From: Eledone cirrhosa
Lineage: Eukaryota
DNA: 64,000 bases
Direction: 5' to 3'
Assembly: GCA_964016885.1 (NCBI GenBank)
Contig: OZ024743.1
Coordinates: 305,970,001 to 306,034,000, forward strand
In this document: positions 13,540-25,710 of the stretch, one piece after another
Position numbering within the stretch: the stretch's first letter is position 1
How the letters are laid out: each line of letters starts with the position of its first letter
The notes under the pieces: generated by a model
Told to the model about the DNA's origin: nothing
Databases searched by the model: none
What the model saw: only the letters and a program-made list of their open reading frames with translations
Position numbers and translations under genes: made by a program

Positions 13540-14050
13540 TATATGGAAAAAAGTGGCTCGAAACGCCAGGTGTTTAGAGAAGTAATTTCATTGGTTGGTG
13601 AATAAGTATAATAAATGTCACGCCAGTTCGCGTTACAAAGTTCTTCAAACAAAAGGGGCGGGGCTCAGGTTGTTTTTTCATATATGAGTGAAGTTTGGTT
13701 GGTTGATGCAGTCACGTGAATAAGCACATCAGCTTTCGCGCCAGTTTGTTTGAATTTCATTGGTTTGTGAATAAGTATAATAAATGCCACGCCAGTTCGC
13801 GTTACAAAGTTCTTCTAACAAAGGGGAGGGGGCTCAGGTTGTTTTTTTCATATATGAGTGAAGTTTGGTTGGTTGATGCAGTCACGTGAATAAGCACATC
13901 TGCTTTCGCGCCAGTTTGTTTGAATTTCTTTTTACTTAAAAAAAGTGGCTCACGAGGGCTTTTTTTTTTTTATAAATGTAATGTGATTGGTTATAAATGA
14001 AATTATGACTGTCACGTGAACAAGTTCATTAAATTTCGCGCCCGTATTTG
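13540..14050. promoter_or_regulatory. Cluster of CCAAT, E2F-like, E-box and GC-box motifs
   Basis: Repeated ATTGG, TTTCGCGCC (3x), GTCACGTGA (3x), GGGGCGGGGC and TTTGAA in an otherwise CpG-poor background. Confidence 0.5.
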
Positions 14051-14715
14051 GGAATTTATTTTGTAGCCTTTTAGAGAATTTTGTGACAAACAAAAGATAA
14101 TGGTCAAGAGAAATGGGATGGGAGATTTGTTCTGGTTCAGTGAATATGGCTGGTTCGCTGGGGTGTCAGAATTCAGACTTTCTATTGAAATAAATAAAGT
14201 AGAGATATGTATGTTTATTTGTTTTCTTGTGTGTGTGTGTGTATAGGAAGATGATTCTATTAGTGGAATGGGGGGAGGGAGTTGTGTATGTGTGTATCGG
14301 TGTTATGTGTGTGTGTGTGTGGAAGTATGTTAAGATGGAGAGAATATATATATTTTGTGTGTGTATGTGTGTAGGAAAGTGATTCTATTAGTAGAAATGG
14401 GGGAGGGAGTTGTGTGTGGGGGGTATGTGTCTGTGTATGGGTGTAGGAAAGTGATTCTATTAGTAGAAATGGGGGAGGGAGTTGTGTGTGTGGGGGGGGG
14501 GTTATGTGTGTGTGGGAGTATGGTTAGCATATTAAGATGAAGAGAATATATATATTGTGTGTGTGTGTGTAAGAAATTGATTCCGTTAGTTGAAATGGGT
14601 AGGGAGTTATGTGTGTGTGAGAGGGGGGGGGTAGCGTGTTAATGTCTTAGATTATTAACGTATGTTAAGGTTTATTTAGTTCTGCTTATATATATATAAT
14701 GTGTATATATATATA

Positions 14716-14901
14716 ATTGTTTCTACGTTAGGCACAAGGCCAGCAATTTCCCAGTGCGGTACTGGTACTTTATTTTCTCGACCCCGTAAGGATGAAAGGC
14801 AAAGTTAACTTTGGCTGGATTTGAACTCAGAATGGCAAGGGCCGTAACTCTATGCGTCAAAGCATGGCGTCCGACCCTCTACCAATGCTGCCAATCCACC
14901 G
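14716..14901 (-). mobile_element. tRNA-derived SINE
   Basis: Minus strand A-box TGGCAGCATTGG and B-box GAGTTCAAATCC. The body ctggtactttattt..cgaccccgtaaggatgaaaggcaaagtt is shared with copies at 39965-40153, 40434-40625 and 43332-43468. Confidence 0.85.
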
Positions 14902-14923
14902 ATAATGTATATATATATGTATA

Positions 14924-14968
<45 letters not shown>

Positions 14969-15081
14969 GTATATATATATATGTATATATATATATATAA
15001 TGTATGTATATATATATAATGTATGTACATATATATATATAATGTATATATATACATATAATGTATATATATAAATATATA

Positions 15082-15142
<61 letters not shown>

Positions 15143-15211
15143 GTATACATATATATATAATGTATATATATATATAATGTATGTATATATATATATATAT
15201 ATACATTTACA

Positions 15212-15247
<36 letters not shown>

Positions 15248-15255
15248 CATTTACA

Positions 15256-15297
<42 letters not shown>

Positions 15298-15311
15298 CAT
15301 TTACATGCATA

Positions 15312-15698
<387 letters not shown>

Positions 15699-15701
15699 GT
15701 A

Positions 15702-15736
<35 letters not shown>

Positions 15737-15761
15737 GTATATATATATAATGTATATATAT

Positions 15762-18745
15762 GACTCATACGGAGTATCAAATTTCGGAATAGGAGCAATT
15801 CCTTCCATCAGGACCTGAAGAATAGAATTCGTTCTATTAAACATTATAATGCTGTGCACGTCCATTCCGACAAAACTGGCAATCTATATCAAGTGGAGCG
15901 CAGTACTTACCATCAACTGCTACATAATGCTGTAACTAAAGATTACCGTAAAACTAATCGGAGCGTCATTAATGAAATCAACGATGCTGGGTTTAAAACC
16001 ACCGCTGATCTCAATGTCCTGGACCGGACTGAACCTCTGGACCCTTTTTCTCCCCACTTTACCCTGAACGATCACAAATCCAATTTTCTGAACAACCCCC
16101 TCTATTCGGCTCATTAACCCTACGAAGTCCGATTTGGGTAGACTTAGTAAAAGGATTATTGATAGAATTATACCTGAAATTAGAAGTGTGGCCCCTCTTG
16201 CACTGTGGAAGAATTCTTTCGGAGTGATTGATTGGTTCAACGGCATATGCAACAAGGAATATTGCCGTTTTATCCAATTCGACATCAATAATTACTACTC
16301 CACCATCACTTTACCACTTCTCCTTAGAGCTATCAATTTCACTAAAACACTCACAATGGTTAAGGATTTCGAAGTTGATGTCATCCTCAATGCCCGTAAG
16401 TCAGATTGATTTCGACGACTCTATTTGGATTTAAAAAATCTAATAGTACCCCATTCGATGTGAGTATGAGCGCCAGCGATCTGCGGAGGTTACTGATCTT
16501 ATCGGCCTTTTCCTTCTTTTCTCTAGCAAGGAAGAATTCCCCAACGTTGGCGGTGGTTTATACCGTGATGATGGTCTTTTGACCATTGACTAAGTGTGGC
16601 CCACGTGCTTGCGACAGGTTCACAAAAGAACTCACAGCCTTCTTTAAAGGCTTCAACCTCTCCATACAGGTTGAGGCCAACCTCTCGGTCGTTAATTATC
16701 TCAAGGTTACCCTCAATTTATCGAATGGCTTGCATTACCCGTATAGAAAGCCGAATGATACGCTTAATTACATAAGTAAGCATTCTAACCATCCTGCCAG
16801 CATAACCAAGAAGCTGGTAAGAAACGTTTCTTTGAGGCTTTCCCGTCTATCTACTAATGAGCATATTTTCAACGACCATTCCACATATTACAATGAAGCT
16901 CTTTCTCGGAGTGGATTTGTCGATAAGGTAGCATATACAGAGTACGACAATAGACCTAGAAGAAATAGATCCCGACGCATTATATGGTATAACCCACCAT
17001 ATAATATGGAGGTGGCCACACCATTAGCTAAGAACTGTCTCTCCCTTATTATGAAGCATTTTCCCCCTACACATAAATATAGTAAAATTTTTAATAGAAA
17101 TGCTATTAATATTTCTTACTCTACGACTCTAAATCTTGCACATAAAATCACAGCTTCAAATTTAGCTAAACTACTGAGCCGTAGGAACACGTGCAACCCT
17201 GTAATTAGTACTAACTGTAATTGTAGGAATCAGGTTGAGTGCCCCCTATCCGGGAATGCCTCTCTAGTAACATTGTCTACAAATGTAAGGTTGAAACACC
17301 CACGTCCCGTATGTCCTACATAGGGTTAACCGCCAATAGATTCAAGCAGCGTCTTTACATGCATACCCATTCTTTTCGTAACCCTTTAAGAAGGAATTTG
17401 ACGTCACTTTCAGCTTATATCTGGAGTCTAAAAGACAACCACACCCAATATAAGTTACACTGGGAGATCCTAGCTAGGGGCTAGATCTTATAACAGAAAT
17501 AAAAGACCATGTGACCTCTGCGCCGCTGAGGCCCTGGAAATACTCTACGCCAAAGACCACATCTTAAACAAAAGATCTGAGGCAATTTCGGCTTGTATAC
17601 ATAAATTGCACAAAACTTTCTTGTATTACAGCCCCACATTATACCCTAACGGATAGTACGAACTATACGTGGATATTTTATGTCTTGATGTGGTAGCTAA
17701 GTATGTTTTATGTTTATACCATTACTCTTTTGTATAGGTAAGTATTTATTACCTGTATGTTTTGTGAAGCTACGTATACTTTCTCGTATGTATATTTGAT
17801 TGTATATGTTATGGCTTATATATTATATATTCTGGTACATATGCTTTTGGTTATGTGTATACGTGAGTTTTGCGTCTGTGTGAGTATGCGGGTTCGTACG
17901 TATGTAGGGTGTGTGTATATGTGTACTTTGTGTTTTTGTTGACGTACGTCTCCGAACATATGTATATTTACATGTTATATACGTATTTATTTATTTATAT
18001 ATGTTTATTTAATTATATGTATACACGCACACACACACACACATATATATATATATTTTTTATATATATTTTTATGTGTATTTGGTGTATACATTCGTAT
18101 GCGTGCGGGTACAGGCGTTGCGTGGGTTCTGTATGTGCGTGGGTTTTTTTTTCTGTGTACGAGCGTGTATTTGTCTACCTATGACGAGTGTCTTCGCGTA
18201 TGATTGTGTATGTCCGTATATGGATGCGTATATGTATTTATTTTATTTCAATTACCTCTGTATTTTATTTACTTTATTTTTAACTCTGAAGCCGAGAATC
18301 ATTCGGTTTCCAAGTTAGAATTTTAGTCTGCGACTTGAGTTATACCATTTACGTGGTTTTGTCTTTGTGTGCAATTGTTCTCCACGCTCCACTTATGATG
18401 TATTATCTTTGTTTTTTCCGTTCATTGCCAGAGAACGTCTCTATGAACCAACTAATAGAATATTAGTCTACGACTTCATTTATACCATAAACGTGGTTTT
18501 GTCTTTGCGTGTAATTGTTTTTTACTGCTCCAAATAATGCTGTATTATATTCGTTTTTTCCCGTTCGTTGCCAGGGAACGTTTCCACGAACCGAAGTATC
18601 GTCTTCCTGCTTTCCTCCAGTTGCAATGTTTTTTGAAATATTTACTTCAGCGTTCACAGATTGACTTTGTTAGTTTCAGAAGATCCCGTTAAGGGTGAAA
18701 GCAGCAGTTCTTTGCTTAAACTTTAATCTGTTATTTTAATAAATA
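15762..18745 (+). mobile_element. Second, 5'-truncated copy of the PLE 3 family
   Basis: ORF fragments 15854-17484 are nearly identical to 9318-11200. The 3' UTR matches 8303-9300 and ends in the CAGAAGA HHR plus (TA)n. Confidence 0.92.
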
Positions 18746-18749
18746 TATA

Positions 18750-18831
<82 letters not shown>

Positions 18832-19028
18832 CGTTTCTGAATTTGTTTAGCAAGATTCTTTATGTGAAAACGTGTGTTGAAACCGATATTGGGAGCGTCA
18901 TGTTGCCAATAAGAAACACACGCACCAGTTGTTTCACTTCAATTTATTATAATAGATTTATAAATTTAGGAATTTATAAATTTCCGGTTGGTTGGTTGGT
19001 TCCACAACCAGATAGTTGTTTATATATT

Positions 19029-19071
19029 GTCAAAGTTATTTCGTCACACATTCTGTGACCTCTTCAGTGAC
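19029..19071 (-). ncRNA. Minimal HHR; inverted partial twin 21470-21508 (+)
   Basis: gtca CTGAAGA g-gtcac..gtgac GAAA taac TT tgac (the twin has gaac). Confidence 0.7.
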
Positions 19072-19271
19072 TGGGGACTCCCGTCTTTGTTTTTGTGCCT
19101 CTCCTTTGTTCTGTCCTACGCCATTTTGTTTTTGTGTGTGTGTTGTGTGCTCAGTCTGCGCATGCGCCACATCCGGGTGTCTGTGTGTGTTTATATTCGT
19201 TATTTATTTGTTTATTTACATGTTACAGGTTGGTTGTTTGTTCTATGTGCGTGTGTGTTTTCATTTTGTCC

Positions 19272-21467
19272 TTAATTGTAAGTTGTGATGTTGCTGTTCC
19301 ACTCATATTTTCTGTTTAATTTTGGTTGTAATTCTTTTATGTTTATTGCCTCTGTGATTTGTCTAAACATTGCGTCTTTTCTGTGTGTAGATTCTATTTT
19401 TATTTCTATGTTCTCTAATTTACCCTTGTGTCCTATTTTAGCATGTTGGTAGAGTACAGATGATTCTTTACTATCTTGAAGGTCTCGCCAGTGTTCATTT
19501 ATCCGTTCCCCTACACTACGAGCTGTCTCACCTATGTACACTATATTTTTGTCTCTACATTGTCCTTCAGTACATATTATGCTATATACTACATTTCTAG
19601 TTTTACAGTTAATATGGGGGCTTAATTTACAGGTTATACATTTCTTATCTATACAGGGGAGTCTTTGAAAAGGGTATGTCTTGCTAATAAGTGTTTTTAC
19701 GGAGGTACCTGGTCTTTCTACTATCTTAATATTGAGTTTATGTTTATCTAGGGCCCTTCTAAATTTGTAAGCTAATTCACCTCTAGGGGTTGTATCGATG
19801 AACATTACACTCTGGTATTTATTGCTATCATACCATGAGTTTATTCTATTAGCCTTGTTCCTAGTTCTTTCTATTCTATTCCAAAATTTTCTCCTATACA
19901 AGGGGCAGGTCCCATTTGTGTCATTATTTACCATTTTTTCCCATTTGGTCCTGGCTCTTCTATACACTCTGATTTTATCTCTCTGATTGTAACCAGAGAA
20001 CTGCATACGGTGGATGAAGTGTTGCATGTGTCTCTCTAGTTCTTCGGGGTTGCACATGCGGGACACGTTTCTCATCACCCGTACCAAATCCGCAATCAGT
20101 ATGTTGATTTTGGTATGGTCCGAAACAGCTGAGTTTCGGTGGATCAGATATTTGGAAGTCATGGGTTTGGCATAATGGGAATGGAGGATTTGTTTTTTGT
20201 TATTAATGGTATCTAACCAGAGCTCTGTGTCTAGTACAGGTAATCGATGGTTGGGGTGTTTACTTGGGTAGTCTATAGTAACTCTAATACTCTGGTGGAT
20301 GGAGTTAGCTATTTGATGGATGCTTTCCATTGTGTTTTTCTCTAATTCCTGACTGTTCTCTAGTGGGGGTGTTTTCACAACGATGTTTATATCATCAACG
20401 TAGCGGGAGTACATTATCAGGGTTAAGGGGTCTTCTAATTGTTCTTTAAGTTTAAGTTTAAGTCTACTGTCCCACCATACCATGAATAAGTTAGCTATGT
20501 CGCCTGCAATGCTAACACCAATGGCTGCTCCTTCCTCTTGGGCATATGTTTTTCCATTAAATTTGAACATATGTTCCATAAGGGTTAATTTTATGCTGGC
20601 CCCCACCGCATGTGCAATCATTTTCTTCAGTTCATCGTGGTTTTCGGGTGTCCGTATGGCTCTGGTCCACCCGTTCCATCTATCTGTGTGGGTTTTCTTG
20701 GCCATTGAGGTAATGGTAGGTGGTCTGCCTCTTGCTGGTCTTGTAGGGCACAGGTTGCTAAGGTCATATGTGTCTAGGTAATTATTACTATAGGTAAGTT
20801 TAAGTAGGAGTCCCAGCTGACTGGTATTAATCCCACGGAACTCAACATTGCTCTCACTGATCATTTCTACGCATTTCTCCACAGCAAAATCCACGTCAAT
20901 AGATGGATACAGGGACACAACATCCATACTACCTATTATGCAGTTTGTTAGGTCCCTAGATCGGTTACTCTCGCCGATTCTGCTGAGGAGGTCCTCCGTG
21001 CTGTCACATACATCTGGGGACAGTTCAATGATGGGGCGTATGATCAGGGAGAGGAAGTAGGACAGTCTGTAGTTACTAGCAATGTTAGCTCCACAGACTG
21101 GCCGTGTTGGTGGTCCCGTGACAGGGTCACTGCCCGTTTTACGGCCTTATCGAAGCCCATACAACGCCGGCACGTCATTGTTCCAGGCCTGGAAGTTGTT
21201 GGCAGTCCTTTTGTTGGGCTGCATTATATTCGTCCACATCACCATATGGGCATTGAGGGCTTTTTCTCTATCCTCATGCTCCTGTGGTGTTACTTCTCTT
21301 GTGTTAGTGATGTGGGGTTGCATTGCCTGGATGTAGTTTGGCAGGCTGTCAACCGACATTCTGCCAGACTTGTCTGTTGGAAAGCATGCTATCTCTCCAT
21401 TTCGCGAGCGCTGCATGAGCTTAAGCAAGCCATTTGCAGATTTTTCTCCCAGCTGCTGGGCCTCCAT
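19272..21467 (-). pseudogene. PLE RT + GIY-YIG: 551-aa open segment plus in-frame upstream part with one stop at 21147; 5'-truncated
   Basis: PTDKSG, MDVVSLYPSI, GAAIGVSIAGDIANLFM, YSRYVDD, PCIDKKCITC..CKTRNVVYSIIC..YIGETARS. Confidence 0.92.
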
Positions 21468-21654
21468 TCTTGAAGAGGTCACAGAATGTGTGACGAAAGA
21501 ACTTTGACAATATATAAACAACTATCTGATTGTGGAACCAACCAACCAACCGGAAATTTATAAATTCCTAAATTTATAAATCTATTATAATAAATTGAAG
21601 TGAATGCCACTGGTGCGTGTGTTTCTTATTGGCAACATGACCCTCTCAAAGTAT

Positions 21655-21723
<69 letters not shown>

Positions 21724-21785
21724 TAAAAATATAAAAATATTAAAATACAAATATTAATAAAATAGATGTTCTTTTGATCAATTAA

Positions 21786-21838
21786 ATTTTATTATACATA
21801 TTTCAGAGGTACAACAGTACGTGCTCATCAGACAAAAT
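21786..21838 (-). ncRNA. HHR in solo pLTR remnant
   Basis: attttgt CTGATGA ..gtac tgtt gtac.. GAAA tatgta TA ataaaat; followed on the minus strand by (TA)n at 21660-21720. Confidence 0.7.
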
Positions 21839-22120
21839 ATAATGATACATGACATACCCTGAGATGTTAAATGGTTAAGATTTAATCAAGGTAGTGATTA
21901 ACCTAAGATAAAACTCAACATTTATACCATAATAATGAGAAAATGCGAAAAAAAATAAATTCAATAGAAAATGTGTGAGTAAGAAAGGCGTTGGTTAATG
22001 TGACAGCTATAGAGATTTTAAAATACAGGCTACTACAAGTTGTGGTTATCTAGGAAAACATCTCATGAATTATAACTGTCCATTAAGTCCGCTGAAAGAG
22101 GATTTATTAATATTAGTATT

Positions 22121-22355
22121 ATGCTAGAGAGCGCAGCCATATATCGCCAAATTTAATCTCAACCAATAGGGACTGCTCTGATTTTTTGATTTTAATTTAT
22201 TAATTCTTCATTGAGCTTAAAAATGAACAGTTGCAACACATATATATATCTTTGATTTAATTTAATTTAATTTTATGTATGTGATAACCTCTATATTTAA
22301 TAATCTCCCTATTGGTTGAGATTAAATTTGGCGATATATGGCTGCGCTTTCTAGC
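22121..22355. repeat. Inverted repeat (about 50-bp arms) whose spacer duplicates 22863-22955
   Basis: tgctagagagcgcagccatatatcgccaaatttaatctcaaccaataggg / ccctattggttgagattaaatttggcgatatatggctgcgctttctagca. Confidence 0.8.
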
Positions 22356-22492
22356 AGCAAGCCTACCCGCCGTAAGCAACCAATCACACGCTTTCTCTCT
22401 GGCTGGTACACAGCTACATAGCGATCTTAGCCATTTTTGAATCTAAATTTGGCGCGGTGGGTTTGAGAAATTAAATGTCTGATTCTGAGTTT

Positions 22493-22570
22493 GTCTCCTG
22501 ATGATTCCTAACTCAAGGCAAATCCATATTATTTGGATGTCCTAAATAAGGAAGAAACCATGGTAGAGAT
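22493..22570 (+). ncRNA. Type I HHR in solo pLTR (about 22305-22960)
   Basis: gtctc CTGATGA ttcct..[atcca/tggat]..aggaa GAAA ccatgg TA gagat. Confidence 0.85.
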
Positions 22571-22960
22571 ATAATTACGGTATGTGCGCATTTCTTCTAA
22601 GTTTAATTTTACTACTAATTACGTGTGGTTGATGGTATATTTGATCGGATTCTGCATGCTGCCGAAGTGTTTGATAAATAGTGGAACGGAGCTACCGCGA
22701 ACTAGCTGCGATCGATTGTTTGTCGGAGATTTCCCCGTTAGAAAATTTATTCTTAAAGCTTGCTAGATTTGATTATGTATATGGTTAATTATGCTAATTA
22801 GAAGAAGAAATAGTATATATTTTAATATCTGATTGATTCTATAGACATGATTTATAATATAATGCTCTGATTTTTTGATTTTAATTTATTAATTCTTCAT
22901 TGAGCTTAAAAGTGAACAGTTGAAACACATATATATATCTTTGATTTAATTTAATGTAAT

Positions 22961-23058
<98 letters not shown>

Positions 23059-23084
23059 GATATATATACATATATTTATATATA

Positions 23085-23440
23085 TTAGAAAGAGAGGTTT
23101 TCTTTATAAAATGAAAAATAACCGAGGTGTCCTACACGAGTGAAAGTATAAAGAAAAAAAGAAGAAATCGAAAATATAACTGGAGTCTTATTTTTTAAAA
23201 TATATATATATTTATTTGGTTCCTTTACCGGTTTCGCAGTTCTTCTGCCTTTCAAAAGTAGTGTTGAGATGGAGGGTCTGTGGTTTTTCTCACATATGAG
23301 AAAAACCACAGACACACCGTCTCAACTCTACTTTTGAAAAGTAAAAGAACTGCGAAACCGATAAAGGAACCAAATAAATATATTTTTTTTTTTAAACATA
23401 AAACTCCAGTTGCATTTTCGATTTCATCTTTTTTTCTTTA
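23085..23440. mobile_element. Head-to-head inverted pair of pLTR ends of the 13304 family, each with a decayed U3:A8 HHR
   Basis: 23147-23295 mirrors 23296-23440 around ttctcacatatgagaaaaa and matches 13304-13510. Confidence 0.8.
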
Positions 23441-23459
23441 TATATATATAGAGAGAGAG

Positions 23460-25710
23460 AGAAGAAGTTTATGAAACGGAAATGTAGGTATAAAGAATTT
23501 ATTAGGTAACAATTGTTTCTATAGTGTATGGGTTACCTATACCTCACTATTTGAATAATATAAAAATATTATCATAAATCGTAGGTACACTGTAAGAATA
23601 CACACCATGTCGTCAGACCTTTGTAGTAGAATGATATGAAAATATTTTATACACTAGATATGTGAGAAAGAAGGAGGTAGGAAGGGAAGGGGAAGAGGGA
23701 AGCGAGTAAGGGGGAGGGAGTCTTAGGATTTAAGACTGTCAGAGTAGTAGAGATTGTAAGGAGAGAATGTTTTGGCAGCAGTTAGCTTAATGAGGCGTGT
23801 TAGGGTTGGCGGGGGAAGTAAATTTTTCTAGTGGTGTTGTTTGGACAAAATTTAGTTAAAGGGGTCAAAGTGGTACAGAGTTACAGACAAGTTATTGGGG
23901 CTATTATAGTAGCAGGTTATTTCTAAAGGGGTCCAAAAAACAGTGTTTAGTACTATTATTATAGAAAGCCATGTCGTGTGTATAAACATATAAAACAGAA
24001 ATTTGCAAACGGTGGTGTAAAAAGGTAACATTACATGCATTTAAAAAAAGAAAAAGTCGTTTTCAAACGATGGTTAGAGTAAAGTGAACGTTCAATTTTG
24101 CTGTTCAAAAGCTTGTTTTCCGACGTTAAAATGCAGTATATCTCCATATTGCATAATTTACAGAATCGATGATTTTGCTTATATGCAGGCGCAAATGCAA
24201 TAATTTGCCAATCAAGGGAGAATGCTTGATTGTTCCTCCGAAACTGCCAGGCTTTATCGGCGAGGGTTGTTACGGAGCGCATTTTCTCATGCCTGATCGA
24301 AGATCGATGTTGGTATAAGCGAGCTTCATCCGGCGAGCTTCATGCGGTACATCCGACGTAATACCATTTGTTGGTTCCGGAATTTATCGTACATCGGTAG
24401 ACAATATTGCGTGCTAGGCACTGGTTATTCAGTGGGCACGTACCTGGTTTGGTGCAGTTACAGTTATTTTTATGTTTTGCAGTAGTATCCTGGGTAGTTT
24501 GGTGGGGTTGTAGTTGCGTGTTAGTGCGTTGTATGTTGCTATGCTGGTGCACTGTGTCATTCGGATGTACTTATTTAGTATTGTTGAGTTGAGTTTTTTA
24601 ATTAGTTGTTCTATGTTAGGTGCAGTAGAGTATGAGAGTCTAATGGTGCGCGAGTTTAAGATTTTATAGTATTTATGTGAAGTTTTAAAGTGTTTATTGA
24701 TTAGTGTATAGAATTGTGAGATAATCTTAGTGCTAATAGAAATATTGTACACGGGTTTATACCATATGTACTCTCTACGTCTGACTCTATTCGCTGGTTT
24801 GCACCTATTAGTATGCCTATTGATGTGTGTGTGTGGTGCAATACTAGTTCGACTTAGATGTGTTTTATTCATAGTACTTATGTGGTTATCATCTAGATAT
24901 TCTATTTTCTCGCAGTAACCAGCTTTTCTAAGTGCGTCATTATAATATTCAGCATGCTCGTTGAAAGTCTGCAAATTAGACGACAGTCGGGAGATCCTTA
25001 TGGATATATTTTTAGGGATAGATTTAATAATGGAATGGGGATGGTTCGATTTTACATTAACGTACTTGAGATTTTCATTAAGTTTGTGAAATGGCTCTAT
25101 ATTACAGTTATTAAGGTTGAAGGTGACATCTAAGAAGTTGACCACCTTAAGATTGTGTTCGAAGGTAATATTAAGCCCTAGTTCTAAGAAAAGTTTCCTA
25201 ATGTTTTTACGTCGCCTTTCTAGGTTTTGTTTGTTCATATTCTTGACTAATAGAAGTGTATCGTCGCGGTAGATTCCTCCGTGGAGGTCCGTAAATTCGC
25301 TCTGGAGTCTGTGGGCTATATAGATCCCAACCAGATCCGTAACCTCCGCCGAATCATTAGAACCCATCGTAATGTCAAATTCCGAGGGTCTATCTTTGCG
25401 GACCCAATAACTATTTTCAAAATGCACTACTGTGCGTCTAGCTTCAAGTATAATATTAATTTCCTCGTTTGTGAGGTCCGAGTTAGCCTTAGCGAATGAG
25501 AGGGCCTTATGCAGGGTTTCAGATGAAATAGAGGAATAGTATTCATCTATATCGAATTGAATAAAAGAAGATTTGTTTTTGTCACTAATGTTATTGAACC
25601 ATCTTATTGCCTGTTGAGTATTACCCCATAATTTAATATCTACCTTAGCCTTAACTTGGGGGATAATACGATCTAATATGTACTTACTGATTGTACCTAT
25701 ATCGGACTTT
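23460..25710 (-). mobile_element. 5'-truncated Hydra-clade-like PLE
   Basis: KSDIG, FIQFDIDEYYSSI, MGSNDSAEVTDLVG, GGIYRDD, CNCTKPGTCPLNNQC, YVGCT, CKLC; 3' UTR with HHR. Confidence 0.9.
23504..23620 (-). ncRNA. HHR with 90-nt expanded stem II
   Basis: aggt CTGACGA [atggtgtgtat...atacactat closing helix] GAAA caattg TT acct, followed by AATAAA. Confidence 0.7.

Larger units (their letters stand above)
13304..14690 (-). mobile_element. Solo PLE pLTR with U3:A8 HHR and promoter-like block
   Basis: The first 200 bp recur at 23085-23440. Contains an HHR motif, a duplicated block of about 175 bp (13585-13930) and four gtaggaaagtgattctattagtagaaatggggg-type repeats (14240-14610). Flanked by (TA)n. 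Confidence 0.65.
18829..21660 (-). mobile_element. Nematis/Neptune-like PLE with 5' inverted pLTR copy
   Basis: 21470-21650 is the reverse complement of about 18890-19067; (TA)n on both sides. Confidence 0.88.
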
